64,000 nucleotides of DNA from Cyanidioschyzon merolae (Eukaryota), in the NCBI GenBank assembly GCA_000091205.1, contig AP006499.2. The stretch is one strand, 5' to 3'. Within the stretch, counting starts at the first letter, position 1, and every line of letters starts with the position of its first letter. Positions 30,744 through 42,217 of the stretch are shown here, one piece after another. A program made the translations under genes and the position numbers. Under the pieces are notes generated by a model that worked only from the letters and a program-made list of their open reading frames with translations, was not told the DNA's origin and searched no databases.

Positions 30744-32345
30744 ATGGAGTCGCTGGAAGAAAACGACTCCGATTTCGAGAATGACGGGCGGGATCGGATG
30801 CCGTCTCGGCCAGAGCTGGCGAGCTGGCAGCCTCCAGCCCTTGAAACGGTCGCTGTTCTGGCTCGCCAGTTTGACACGGCGTTCCAGAGCGCGAATGCGT
30901 CAGCGCTCGAAGCTTGCGAACGAGCGCTGGTGGAGCGGGTCCCTCTGCAGTTGCTGCAACAGACCTGGTTGGAAAAGATATTTGATCGGCGAGCGGATGC
31001 CAGTCATGAGTGGACGTACGCGGACATACGCTTCGCGTTGCATTTAGCGTCCGCTGCAGGGCACCTGGAGCAGCGCATGCTGCGCACGCTTTTCGTAAGC
31101 GTGTTGGCAGAGACCGCCTCGGGAGAGGCGCCAGCGTCCGTGGGTCGCACAAGCGTCACAACCAACATCCCCAGACGGGTAGAAACACGAGCATTTGCGG
31201 CACTGTACCGGCATGTTGCGGAGGCGCTTTCAAAACCCAGTATGGACACAGAGGGAAGCTGGCTGACGCTGGTGCAACTGATTCCACATATCGATGGAGT
31301 GTCCGGGTCCGTGACATCTATGCATGTGGATGCGCTGGCGCTCTGCGTCGCACACGATGCCTGGAATCAGGCACTCGAGGTAGTCCTCGCGAGGATTACC
31401 CCTTTCTGGTACAAACCGCCATCTCCATTCATGGTATCCCTGAGCGACCTGGAGCGCTTTCTCTTCAGCGCGGCAACGACTCACTTCAAAACTGGCAACT
31501 ATCGAGCATCTTGGCGGTTACTGCATGAATTCTTGGCACTGCAGTGCACGCGACCAATGTCGAGGCGCAACGAGGCGGCAGACCCGGATACCAAACATCC
31601 ATCTCAACGGATCGCCCCTCTGGATACCGCAGTGACACTCTGCCGATGGCATGAACCGGTGATGCTAGACTCGAGTCACATTTGCGAAACCACGGCAGCA
31701 ATGCGTATTCGAGCTGCACAGCGGTACGTATGTTTGGAGCTTATTGTCTACGGCACCACGGAAGAGGCACTGCAATCGAGCCTGCCTATGGGCTCTGTGG
31801 AACGTTCGCCATCAACGACAGGGCGCTTTCTAGCACGATATCGGGCGCTTGCGCAGACCTTCGACGCGTGTAGTGCGGCCGGGTGCATCGCTCCCTTCGA
31901 TGCGTTCGTGCACCTGCATTTGGACTCTTTTCGAGCTGACACTCACGAGGAATGGATTCTGCAGACTCGCCGTGCCCTTGCACGTGTTCTCATGCTCAGC
32001 ACTGCGAGCGTCTACAAAACACTACCACTGCGAACGCTCAGTGAGCGCACCGGCTTGTCGCGTTCGGAGATCGCGCAAGTCATTCAGGATCTGCGTTCAG
32101 GGCGGTGCTGGAGCCAGAGCGCAGGTGCTTTATGGACTCGCTGGTTCACAACGCTCGTTACACTGGACGCGAATGGCGAGCGGGTTTCGTTCAGGCGGCA
32201 CGCTGATACAAGGACCGAGTCTGCTGGAGCTGTAGCGGTACCAGGGTCTTGCGGCATCTACCTGTCCCGTGCGATGTTGGTGGATGCTGGAGTGCATGCA
32301 GCGTGTGCAGCAGATTTCTCCCGCAAATGCGCTTGGTTTCCCTGA
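30744..32345 (+). CDS. hypothetical protein with a C-terminal PCI/winged-helix-like segment
   Basis: 562-aa ORF whose track start is TTG. First ATG at 30744. Largely helical-looking and non-repetitive. Near the C-terminus, ASVYKTLPLRTLSERTGLSRSEIAQVIQDLRSGRC resembles the winged-helix part of PCI domains (CSN/eIF3/lid subunits). Assignment is tentative. Confidence 0.35.
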   Translation: MESLEENDSDFENDGRDRMPSRPELASWQPPALETVAVLARQFDTAFQSANASALEACERALVERVPLQLLQQTWLEKIFDRRADASHEWTYADIRFALHLASAAGHLEQRMLRTLFVSVLAETASGEAPASVGRTSVTTNIPRRVETRAFAALYRHVAEALSKPSMDTEGSWLTLVQLIPHIDGVSGSVTSMHVDALALCVAHDAWNQALEVVLARITPFWYKPPSPFMVSLSDLERFLFSAATTHFKTGNYRASWRLLHEFLALQCTRPMSRRNEAADPDTKHPSQRIAPLDTAVTLCRWHEPVMLDSSHICETTAAMRIRAAQRYVCLELIVYGTTEEALQSSLPMGSVERSPSTTGRFLARYRALAQTFDACSAAGCIAPFDAFVHLHLDSFRADTHEEWILQTRRALARVLMLSTASVYKTLPLRTLSERTGLSRSEIAQVIQDLRSGRCWSQSAGALWTRWFTTLVTLDANGERVSFRRHADTRTESAGAVAVPGSCGIYLSRAMLVDAGVHAACAADFSRKCAWFP

Positions 32346-32652
32346 GTATCATCGTCGTCGTCATCCTCATGATGACAATCGGAGGCTGGAATGCCTCGGT
32401 CTATACCAAAACCTAATTCTATGACGTTCACCGTTTTCGAACGCCGTCGTCCACTGTTACGACACGACGAGAGTAGCTGCTCAGAAGCTCTCTGAAAAGC
32501 GGATCGATGCACAGGAAGTTGCAACGCACACGAATCCTGCACTGTGCGTTGCAGCGCATCGCGGAGACCCTTCATGACCTAAAAAGGATGATGAGCCCCG
32601 CGTCCAAGCGAATGTTCAGCTCGTGTACCGGTATTGCGCTATCTAGGGTCCG

Positions 32653-33687
32653 CTATCCGAACAATCGCCGTCGCTTGCGCGCACTGCGGGTATACGGCGC
32701 AAGCCTCCACTCATCATCAGCATCTTGTTGCTCGAGCGTTCCGAGACGTATGCGGAACAGTCCTAAATCGAAACGGGGACCCAGTTCGATGAGTGCTTGG
32801 TGCTGCTGGTGACCCTGGATTCGACCCGCACTCGATGAAGCGGTCGCAGTTCCCGCTTCTTCGTCGTCTGATGAATCATCCGCAGCGGCGGTGCGCCTCC
32901 TCTCAACAATGTAATGTCGGAAAGATAGAATACCATCATATCCCTTATCAATGAATGCTACAATACGCTTCGAGTCTGGCTTGGGAACGGGAAACAGAAA
33001 TCGAAGCATGTTCTTCACCCGCATGCCCAGTCTACTCTGAAAGCTGCCCTCGAAGATCACATGGGGATACGCTTCGCTGAGTGGCGGCAGCGCAGCGTCC
33101 GGGCTGTTTTGGTGTTCGTGTCGAAGCATCTCCGCTACATCGTGTCGCATGACGACATTGGAGAGTGCGAAGTACGCCGTCGGACCCAGCGGCAAATGAC
33201 ATACGATGAGCGCATCGGGTTCGCCGCGCGTCTCGTGCAGCAACACCAAGTCCGTGAGCTGTTGCGCTCTGCCGAGCTCGATCAGGTCCTTTAGGATGAG
33301 ATTGCCGCGGTTCAGCCGCTGAGCGTTCGGAAAGAGGAACCGGACCTCTTTCGCAAACTGGCATAAGCGACTCGAGGGGTTCCTCGAGGTCGTGATCACG
33401 ATCTTCGGATCCGCAACGCCCGCTGTGGCGTACTCGTCATCCAGCATCAACCGTGTTGTTGCTAGCATTCGTATCGGATGACGAAGTGCCTCCTCGGTTA
33501 TCTGGACTTTCTCGTCTGCGTCGCTCGTGTCTCGCCGAGCGGACGGCGTCGAGCTCGCACCACCAGGGCGAGCAAGTCCTGGGGGTCCGCGCTGGCGGCT
33601 CGTCTCCGCCCCTGCTGCCGCTATTTCGAGCGCTCTTCTGTAAAGGTACTCTCGACGCAAACGAGCTTGCCTCTTTAGTGATATCAT
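32653..33687 (-). CDS. IMP4: U3 snoRNP protein IMP4 (Brix-domain ribosome biogenesis factor)
   Basis: The track start is GTG. The first ATG gives MISLKRQARLRREYLYRRALE (IMP4 N-terminal signature). The Brix domain follows: DPKIVITTSRNPSSRLCQFAKEVRFLFPNAQRLNRG, LVLLHETRGEPDALIVCHLPLGPTAYFALSNVVMRHD, RLGMRVKNMLRFLFPVPKPDSKRIVAF, FRHY, GPRFDLGLFRIRLGTLEQ, and the C-terminal WRLAPYTRSARKRRRLFG. This is colinear with human IMP4. Confidence 0.85.
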   Translation of the reverse strand: MISLKRQARLRREYLYRRALEIAAAGAETSRQRGPPGLARPGGASSTPSARRDTSDADEKVQITEEALRHPIRMLATTRLMLDDEYATAGVADPKIVITTSRNPSSRLCQFAKEVRFLFPNAQRLNRGNLILKDLIELGRAQQLTDLVLLHETRGEPDALIVCHLPLGPTAYFALSNVVMRHDVAEMLRHEHQNSPDAALPPLSEAYPHVIFEGSFQSRLGMRVKNMLRFLFPVPKPDSKRIVAFIDKGYDGILSFRHYIVERRRTAAADDSSDDEEAGTATASSSAGRIQGHQQHQALIELGPRFDLGLFRIRLGTLEQQDADDEWRLAPYTRSARKRRRLFG

Positions 33688-34150
33688 TGAAGTGTTCGGT
33701 TCGTAGTTGACTGAGGTAAGATGCAGCACGCAGTGTGTTAGCGCGATGCGCTGCACAAACGCCCGTGACGCGCCCTAATACCACGCCGCTGGACTCAGAA
33801 GCGGCTGCAACGGTTCTTTTCCGTGCAGATCTCGAGTGTCTCTTTGCGGGTGGATTGTTTTTCGCTGCCTGTACAAGCGCTGGTGACAAGCGTTCCTTCA
33901 AGCGTCCTTATCGAGTTAAAGAAGCGGTTCGCAGGAGAGAAGTTGTGCAGCGACAGCGCAACGCAGTTGGAGCGCTTTACATGAGACATGATTGTATCTA
34001 AATGGAACAACAGAAACAAAAAATCCCTTGCCCCCAAGGCGTTGCCGTTCCTCCGCACTCTGTTCCTGCACGAGCGTAAGGTACCGCGTCCCAGCAGCAC
34101 GAAAACAACTGCAGCAGCTACTGGTGCCGCCACAACTTGTTGTTGCGTCC

Positions 34151-36103
34151 ATGGCAAACAGCCTCGGCCTACCAGCAGTACCGCTGGAGCCGCGTCTGGT
34201 GCCGGATGCTGCGACTTGGCTCTCGGAGCGCTTCTCCAATGACGATGAAGAGGAGGTGACGCGGCTCGAGGAAGCGGTGTGTCTGCAGCTGGCGGCGCTG
34301 CGAGCGTTGCGGGCACCCCTGCCCCAGGGCATTGCTGTGTACCGGTGTCGAGCGCCCGGTTCACCGTCACGAAGTGCTGACGCTTCCTCAAGTCGTGGAA
34401 CTCGCAGCGTGCGTAGAACTGTGCAGCTTCGCCAGCGGACGCGAAGCGCTTACCGGCAGGCCAGCGGCACTACAGCAGCGAACACTGGCTTGCGCACCAA
34501 CCTCGACACGAGTATTGGTGCCGTTGATGAACACATCAACGACGAGTTGATCGATAGTCAAGAACTCGAAGAAGCAAGCACCGGTGAAACAGAGCCGCGG
34601 CCGGCGCACCGAGCGACGACAGTTGCGCATCGAGTGTTTATTCCACCGCGTTACGTCCTCCCGCATCATGCGCTGATATACGAACACACGGACTGGTATC
34701 GAGAACGAGTGCGTCTGGCCATGGAAACAAACAGTGGCCAGTACGCCTCCGCTGAGGCAAGCTCGGGTCGCGCGCCTGCTCCGCGGGCGCTCACGGTGTT
34801 CCCGGCACCTGCTGGTCGCGACCGCGAAACAGACTCATCGCCCAGGAGACCACGCGAGCGTCGGTTTCGTACACGCTTTTCCGGCCAACGTGAGGGTATC
34901 CTCGAAGATGCACTTGCAACCATACTTTTCCGCGATGAACGCACGGGCGCGGGAACCCCTCCCGCTGCAGAGATGCCTCTGGATCGGCAGCTAGATCGAG
35001 GACCTGGCCTGCCTGACAGTGCCGAGAGACTGCCGGCTCCTTTGCTTGGCTATCGCGAAGAGGTTCGTTCTCATCAGCGACGCGCATATGCGCAGCGTGA
35101 AGCGTTCGGCAGCCCGCCAACGTCCATGGTCCTCAGTGACTGGCTAGAGAGCCGTCGTCGCGACGTCGCGGACCCAGGCAGTGTATCACCAGCCGACGCA
35201 ATGTCGCTGTGGAGCGCACCCCGCGCACCTCAGAGGCACATACCAGGCCGTGGCGACGCAGCGCTCGGCGTCTATCGAGAGCCACGCACGGGGCAGCGGA
35301 GCCTCCAGAGACGCTCGACAGAGGTGTTGTCCACGTCTGTGGATACGGGTCGCATTCGAGGCCCGATAACAGCGAACGAGTCGGCGCCAGAGCTTTTACA
35401 TTCACCGCCTTTCCGAGCTGGATCGATCGGTGACGATTCCTTTGATGCCGGGAGCCTGCGGCTGACTGCCCGAGGACCGAGTCGAGCGCGCCTCTCGGGG
35501 CATGTGGCATCACGCACTCGTGGACTCCCCGTAGATCACATTTCGCCAGCAGATGCGTCTCTGCCCTTAGACGAATCGTTACAGACAGATGAAACGAGCG
35601 GGCGCGTTCATGGACGCGCTGCGCTTCATCGCATGAGGCGTAGCGGTCGAGAGCTCGACGTATCCTCAGTCGCGGATACGTTCCATAGCACATCGGCAGG
35701 CAGCGCGAGCCACCACGCTTGGACGAGGGCGCCCATGGACACTGCACGTTCGACAAGCACAGCTTTTGCATCGCCGTTAACCCTGGAGCACAGAGATTCC
35801 GCAGGTAGCTCGCCGGGTGACTTTGTTGTGAACGATTGGATGTCTGCAGGGGATCGTTCCTCGCGCACCGACCAGAGCCGAGGCGGTTTCCGGACGGGAA
35901 CCGGGTCAGCCGGGGATACCACCACGATAGAAGCGCTTGGTGGTCGACGGCATCGCGGACCCAGGGATCTGGTTGTGCGCATAGAAGAAACGCTGCGCAC
36001 GCGAGCCTGGGAACGATCCACCTCTGCGGATGCATCAGCGCGAGCTTCGGGTACTGCCCGCGCTCAGGTTCGCAATGAACGGCGGCATCTGGATTCATCG
36101 TAA
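34151..36103 (+). CDS. possible low-complexity (S/R/A/P-rich) protein. It may be a spurious GC-rich ORF
   Basis: 703-aa ORF whose track start is TTG (first ATG at 34151). It is divergent from IMP4. A 400-aa ORF on the opposite strand (35133..36335) overlaps it and is equally low-complexity. Neither has a recognisable domain. Confidence 0.25.
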   Translation: MANSLGLPAVPLEPRLVPDAATWLSERFSNDDEEEVTRLEEAVCLQLAALRALRAPLPQGIAVYRCRAPGSPSRSADASSSRGTRSVRRTVQLRQRTRSAYRQASGTTAANTGLRTNLDTSIGAVDEHINDELIDSQELEEASTGETEPRPAHRATTVAHRVFIPPRYVLPHHALIYEHTDWYRERVRLAMETNSGQYASAEASSGRAPAPRALTVFPAPAGRDRETDSSPRRPRERRFRTRFSGQREGILEDALATILFRDERTGAGTPPAAEMPLDRQLDRGPGLPDSAERLPAPLLGYREEVRSHQRRAYAQREAFGSPPTSMVLSDWLESRRRDVADPGSVSPADAMSLWSAPRAPQRHIPGRGDAALGVYREPRTGQRSLQRRSTEVLSTSVDTGRIRGPITANESAPELLHSPPFRAGSIGDDSFDAGSLRLTARGPSRARLSGHVASRTRGLPVDHISPADASLPLDESLQTDETSGRVHGRAALHRMRRSGRELDVSSVADTFHSTSAGSASHHAWTRAPMDTARSTSTAFASPLTLEHRDSAGSSPGDFVVNDWMSAGDRSSRTDQSRGGFRTGTGSAGDTTTIEALGGRRHRGPRDLVVRIEETLRTRAWERSTSADASARASGTARAQVRNERRHLDSS

Positions 36104-36399
36104 AATGAATGATGCATCGTGGTAGTCGACGAGCTGACGCGTGAGAAAGACACTGGGAAGCTGTTTTGTAGGCGCAGGGCGACCCCGGTGGCGGCGCTCC
36201 GAGCGTCCGCGGCAGGCACGATGAATACGATGCACCGGTGCCCTTCAATCGATGTTGCCTGTAGATTTTAAAGAATGGCAATTTTAGGATTGGTAATGCG
36301 TAGCAGCATCTCGAAGGGAATGGTGGTGCTTTCATGGTTCACCGACGGCAACCGGGAATCCCTTGGATTCTCGTTACACCGGTGTCAGAATAAAATGCA

Positions 36400-37300
36400 A
36401 CGGATCGTTCAAATTGGGCGTACACTGTACGCCCTGGGTATCGTTCTAGTGTCATCGACACAGGCCTGTGGAGACTTTTTCATTTCTGAGACCGCTTCCT
36501 TCATCGCCCTCTTGTCTACGGCTCGAAATGAGGCGGGCTCTCCGGTCCTTCCTGCTCGGTTGTCGGCAATGGAAAGATGTTGAAGGCAGCGTTTCAAGTC
36601 CAGATTTCGCAGATTCGGACTGCTGCCAACGCAGTTCATGCAGAGGCGGAAGTTGCGCTCTACGCTTCGCTTGCCATTTTCACCTGATTGGTAGGGAGCC
36701 ATGGTATGCGCTTCGCAACGGTGACAGTAAAATGTACTCTTGTGTTCTGGTATGCCCATTATACGTTCTGCGTCGAGGAGCCTCCTGTGGTGCGTGAAGA
36801 CTTGCTCCATAGCTCGGTACATGACAGGTACCGAGGACTCGCATCGATGCCAGCTTCCGTTTCCGTACCGAGTCCTAGACGCTTTGATGACGGTAATCGT
36901 CTGGATGATCTCTTCGACAAGCTCTCCGTCTGCTGCACACGCAAGCGGATGCTGTACAATTGGATAGAGGATTTGTTCAACGCGACATTGCCCATTAGAG
37001 AACAAGTACCCGGAAGAAAATCCAGGCTGGAGAAACATTCGAGAAAATTTGAACCGTGTACACTCACCTCATGCAAAGCGGTGATGCGCTCTGCACAGGA
37101 AGCGATCGCTGTGATGCCTGCATTCCTAGTCCAAGGCCCTTTTCCATGGAAAAGGAGGCAATGGGTGCTTCTGAAAGCATTTCCCGTTGGATATTTCATG
37201 CTGCTGTTGCGCTCAGCTTCGTCGATAGCGATAAATAGAAAAAGGAGGGATTGGTCTTTCGGATAGAATCGACGTTGATTGGACGTGACAAGTTTCGTCA
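36400..37300. repeat. R-family repeat, diverged copy R3 (about 75% identity to the central part of R1, inverted orientation)
   Basis: Plus-strand ORF 36688..37266 (...REQVPGRKSRLEKHSRKFEPCTLTSCKAVMRSA...) aligns with minus-strand R1 ORF 6732..7133 (...MKQLPEGKRRSKDKSKYIERCTLTPCKAVTSAT...). The reverse complement of 37090-37140 aligns with R1 7038-7100 (ccatg.aaaa ... gatcgct). The boundaries are approximate. Confidence 0.6.
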
Positions 37301-37489
37301 ACTTCCGGCATGAGCTTGTGAGCAAGCCGATAAAGAACGACGTGGCATAATAATCTATGTAAATGCATTGTTCATGAAACAAAGAAAATGTCTCACGACC
37401 ATGAAGGTATATATACATACTGACGAGCAGACGCCTCCGAATCTTCTTTGATCGGCGGCTTGCCTTAGGTATCAGTTTCTCCCCATACA

Positions 37490-38771
37490 CTTCGAGACTG
37501 AGAAGCTGCCCTACAAAGTTTGCTCGCGTCAGCTCATCGGGTCTTGTCTCCAGAACCGCACATCGTATGATATTGATGGCGGCGTTGAAGTCTTTGTTCG
37601 CGAACTCCATGCGTTTGTTGCCGCTGTTTGAACTCATCAATGCAAGGGTTGCTAGAACCCGCGTCCTGTGTGCCACCTGCTGCTCTTTCAGCAATCCGTG
37701 CTTTTCCATCGCCGAAGCCCTCCGCTGTGTTCTCCCTATCTCGACCATCTGGTGTGTATAACCCAGCTCATGCCTTAGATTTTTCATTTCTCAAAATGAA
37801 TGGGCTTCTTTATGCCCGTAGCTAAGGACCTTCCCCGAGGAAGAAGGACATGTTCAAGAAAAACGACATATGCCTCGGCGTGCCATCGTGTGCTGAAAGC
37901 TTCGGCAATTCGCCCCGTGGAGCGATCATTGCGTTTCAGGACAGAATACACTCCTTCAATGGGGCTGAATCACGGAGCGTATGGAGGAATGGAAGGCAGC
38001 TCTACTCCCAGATAGTATCGGCAAAATCTGGAACTCAAGGGGAATGGTAAAATACTACGTTGTTCAATAGAAGGACGTTGCCGGACTTGAGGAAAAAATG
38101 TTCAACAATTCGACAAAGTGTTCGCTGCTATTGAATGAGCCTTCTCAACGAGCGAATATGAGGACGCCAAATGAATCCACTCCAGCTAGAACAGATGATG
38201 ATGTCCTCGTTCTCCTCGAGCTCGATCTTGTATACAATGAGCTCTATCTCCGAGAAAATAAACATATACGATTGGACCGTTTCGTCTGAAGCAGTTCTCA
38301 TCGGCTGAAAAACAAACCGACGTGCCTGTGCTTCACACGAATCGAGAGGTCCCATGCATGTTGTCGCTGCGATCTCGGTGGAAGATAGCCGTTTTCGTGA
38401 ACCAGGACTGGTTTTGTATGAATGTATCCCGAGTTTCCAGGATCACACGAGCAAGCTGGTGAGAAACAGAGACACCCGCAATAACTACTATTATCGCGTC
38501 GCTTTCCTTAAAGCAATCAAGTGGTCGTTTTTCTAACATGGCCGACAACAAAGTTTTTACCAGTACCTGTTTTTGGAGCAGAGCGCGCATACCTGTTTCT
38601 TTCAGTGTTCTCGACCATCCTAGTATAGTAGTATGACTGACCTGAAGAAGGAATGCAGCCCTCGTTACCATGATCAGTAAATAATATGTATCGTGCATGC
38701 ATTTCGTCTACGATCGAATCGATACAAAGCATAGAAATGTCGATCTCGTACGATACACTGCGAAGAGGCAT
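37490..38771 (-). mobile_element. degenerate Fanzor/TnpB-like element, copy B
   Basis: ORF 36759..37787 begins MKNLRHELGYTHQMVEIGRTQRRASAMEKHGLLKEQQVAHRTRVLATLALMSSNSGNKRMEFANKDFNAAINIIRCAVLETRPDELTRANFVGQLLSLEVYGEKLIPKASRRSKK. That is an intact RuvC-III D-x-N-A-A-x-N-I block plus the family C-terminal tail. The rest of that ORF is read-through into the inverted R3 repeat. Upstream fragments are ORF 38128..38355 (...IELIVYKIELEENEDIIICSSWSGF, the RuvC-I position with the Asp lost), 38333..38698 and 38517..38771 (N-terminal region). There is a stop two codons upstream of the 37787 ATG. Confidence 0.6.
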
Positions 38772-39018
38772 TTGATGACACGCAGCAGGCGCGAAACAAA
38801 ACTGACGTGAAAGACTATAACAATATGCATATAATTGCTACAATCTGCCTTTTTTGAGACAATCGCTCCTGAACGTCCCTGTGCGCTTACCAGCGAGCGT
38901 CAGCAGGCGCGCGCCTTGTACCCAGATCCGCCGTGGGGCGCCTGTCGGAGGTCGCCGCTACGCGACCGTATCTGCGAGCCACCACGCTGACCTGCACACT
39001 GCTGCATGCGTAGACGGT

Positions 39019-40806
39019 ATGAACAGTGGAAACGAGTACGCCAGAGTGAGTCCTGGCGCTACGAGTGCCCCAGACGCACAAAGTGGACTTGGCGTGACGA
39101 CTGCTGGTAGCGAGGTAACCATAAAGGCGTGGAAGCAGACGGCAGGCGAGCGCTGCGCCGTGGGAAACGCGCTCGTGGCTGCCCACGAGCCGCACTGCCC
39201 GGTCTGCCCCGAGCCGACGAACAAAATTGTGCCTCGTCGGAAGATGGTACCCAGCTCGATGGCTGTGCAGCCGCAGCCTTTTCCGCACCAAGTCGGGGGT
39301 CACGGTGCGCTGGCACTCCACGGCGCTGGGCTGGTCAAAAAACCCCTGGTAGAGCGAGAGCTGGCCTTTTACGAGTACGTTTGGGGTGATCTAGTCGACA
39401 TATTTGAGAGACTGGATGACACGAGTGAAGACGGGCTGAATTTGCGCAGGAAGCTGGTGGCCCCACACAGCCCACGAAAACTCGAACGACTGCTATCGTC
39501 AGAGACGCGGGGGCGTGCGCTCGCAAACTTGCGCGACAGGCTTCAGTACCGCCGAATGAAAGCGGAGCGTCGCTGCGCTTTATGTCGACAAAACGCACCG
39601 GTTGGTTGTGGCTCGAGCGCTGGCACCAACAAGCTCTGTACGATGCAGTTCTCTGACCTGGTGGTTCAGACGCTGCGCGAGTTCACCGCCCGCTACTATG
39701 GTATCGTTTCCCTCTACCGAGTACGCGGCGAATGGAGGTACACCCGCGAGCTCCCATCATCTAGTGCTATCGAACTCGAAGCCAATGACTCGAGTGACTC
39801 GGCGATAACAGGCCTGCCTGATGCCGCGGAGCGACGTTCTCCAGCCTCCTCCGAAGACACCAGTTCGGGACTCGTAGAGCTGTGGCATGCGGAAAACGGC
39901 AAGGCCCTGGACGTGAACCCGTGGGCGCGAGTCTGCTTCGAGCGCTCGTTTGCGTCCTATGCCTCGCACCGTGGGACACGGAGTCCTCGCGTCGGCACGA
40001 CCCCCGGGGCTGACGCGAACCACATGGACCCTGACCGAGGCGTCGTAGTGGAAACCGGCGTCACGAGCTCGGACCCAGACGATGCCGTGCAACATGATTT
40101 TTTAGTGCTCGAGGATCTGACGTTTCCTTTTCGTTACCCGTCAGTTCTGGACGTTAAGGTTGGTACGCGGGACTATGACGACGAGGCAACCGAGGAGAAA
40201 CGCCGTCGGCACATCGAAAAATGCCGGATGACGACGAGCGCTCGCTATGGCGTGCGGTTAACCGGTATGCAAGTATTCCAGCCAGAGCGACGCACCTACC
40301 TTTGCCATGATAAGTACCATGGCCGTCGCTTAAAGGATGAAGAGCAGCTGCAGGAGGAGCTGCAGCAGTACCTCGACAACGGCCAACGGAGTCGCGTTGC
40401 TGCCCTGCGCGCCGTTCAGGTTGCGAACGCCTTTCGACAACGCCTGGAAATACTGCGTGATTTCGTCGCCAGACAGGAAGAATGGCGGTTCTACAGCTCG
40501 AGCCTTTTATTTATCTACGAAGGAGACAGCGTTGAGGCACAAGACGCTCCTGTGCAGCCTGCAAGCGACGCGAACGCTGCGACTGCCTCCGAAGTGGCGT
40601 CCGCGTGCGCTGCCCGGAACGGCAGCAAAAGCGGAAACGCTACCTCCGTTTGCCTGAAAATGATTGACTTTGCCCATACCCAGCGGAGCAACTGCGATGA
40701 TGGCCCAAACGATGACGGCTATTTGCTCGGTATCGAAACCATGATTCGTTTATTTTTCAACGCGGCGCAACGATTCGCCGAGCGCGGAAACCAGTGGCAT
40801 CCGTAA
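39019..40806 (+). CDS. inositol polyphosphate kinase (IPK family, IPMK/IP6K-like)
   Basis: ORF 38854..40806, whose track start is TTG. In-frame ATGs are at 39019 and near 39295 (MVPSSMAVQP). IPK hallmarks are PFPHQVGGHGALALHGAGLVKKP (substrate/ATP region), PSVLDVKVGTR (PxxxDxKxG), SSLLFIYEGD (SSLL motif) and CLKMIDFAHT (IDF-A catalytic motif). Confidence 0.65.
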   Translation: MNSGNEYARVSPGATSAPDAQSGLGVTTAGSEVTIKAWKQTAGERCAVGNALVAAHEPHCPVCPEPTNKIVPRRKMVPSSMAVQPQPFPHQVGGHGALALHGAGLVKKPLVERELAFYEYVWGDLVDIFERLDDTSEDGLNLRRKLVAPHSPRKLERLLSSETRGRALANLRDRLQYRRMKAERRCALCRQNAPVGCGSSAGTNKLCTMQFSDLVVQTLREFTARYYGIVSLYRVRGEWRYTRELPSSSAIELEANDSSDSAITGLPDAAERRSPASSEDTSSGLVELWHAENGKALDVNPWARVCFERSFASYASHRGTRSPRVGTTPGADANHMDPDRGVVVETGVTSSDPDDAVQHDFLVLEDLTFPFRYPSVLDVKVGTRDYDDEATEEKRRRHIEKCRMTTSARYGVRLTGMQVFQPERRTYLCHDKYHGRRLKDEEQLQEELQQYLDNGQRSRVAALRAVQVANAFRQRLEILRDFVARQEEWRFYSSSLLFIYEGDSVEAQDAPVQPASDANAATASEVASACAARNGSKSGNATSVCLKMIDFAHTQRSNCDDGPNDDGYLLGIETMIRLFFNAAQRFAERGNQWHP

Positions 40807-41362
40807 CCGGGCAGCAGAATCACCGACCGTGATATTGTAGAGCGCTTTACTTTTTCGACATTGATGAGCAGCAACTGCTGCTCGACGCGCAGGTCTGCTT
40901 GCGAATACGGATGCACCTGACGACAACCGACAGCGGATGCCCGCAAAACCTCGTGCAAGCACGGCGGCGCCAACCCGCCGGGAAATGAGGCTCACAGCGT
41001 CAACAGTCGTTGCGCTGCTCGGTGCCCGCATCTTCGCTCTTGTCGAACTGGTGTGCACTGCACGGGGATACGAGGACAACCCGATGACAATGAGTACGTA
41101 GATGTTGGTCGATTCTGCACAGATAAACCTACCCGATCTCCTGGACGTATCACGCGCTCGATTCCCTGTCAGTGTCGTTGTTGCGCATCGCCACCGCATC
41201 GACCGAGGCCGACTCGCAAAGACGGCAGCGGCGGCGGCGGCGGTCGGGAACCCAGCAAGTCACGCTTCAGCATCGTGGTGACTGCGGCGTGCACATCGTT
41301 GCGCCTGGCCCACCGTTGGTACTACGACCTGCGTAGAAAACTCCGCTCTCCGCACTTTTTAC

Positions 41363-41914
<552 letters not shown>

Positions 41915-42185
41915 CTAGTCTGCGTGATATAAAACACTCGCTGTGAACTGAACAGCACGACCGCAGGCCTGCTCCCTCGGACGGCACTCGTTTAAGCAAG
42001 GCGCGCTCTGGGACCCGTCACAAACGTTCTGTTTGGCTACCGGTTACAGCGCTCGTTCGGCAGTAGCTTCCACGTGTGCGATTGGTCGGTTTACGCTGTC
42101 GTACAAGAAGCGCCTCTCGCTTGTCTTTGCAGGGGCTGCAGGCACTGTCGACGCAGAGCCGACAAACTGTGCACGGATCGAGAAG

Positions 42186-42216
<31 letters not shown>

Positions 42217-42217
42217 C
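42186..42217. repeat. (ACGC)8 microsatellite, the reverse complement of the (GCGT)n tract at 12958
   Basis: ggcacgcacgcacgcacgcacgcacgcacgcacc. It is followed at 42281-42300 by (GAC)6 and at 42350-42366 by a (GC)n tract. Confidence 0.85.

Noticed and set aside
35133-36335. Long ORFs on the strand opposite to called genes (35133..36335 -, 18423..19016 +, 44454..45080 -, 28565..29107 +, 15897..16532 -)
   Set aside because: At 55-60% GC, stop-free antisense frames of 150-400 aa are expected. These have low-complexity composition, no motifs, and overlap better-supported genes.
36759-37787. 342-aa minus-strand ORF as a complete protein
   Set aside because: Only residues 1-~110 (RuvC-III block and family tail) are Fanzor-like. 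The rest is read-through across the inverted R3 repeat and has no counterpart in the other copies.
38333-38698. Possible Tc1/mariner-type HTH (…QVSHTTILGWSRTLKETGMRALLQK…) suggesting a separate DDE transposase next to copy B
   Set aside because: The peptide is contiguous with, and in register with, the N-terminal region of the Fanzor-like copy B. It leads into the RuvC-I-position fragment at 38128..38355. No DDE_3 catalytic block follows. It is better explained as the N-terminal (REC/WED-side) part of the same relic.
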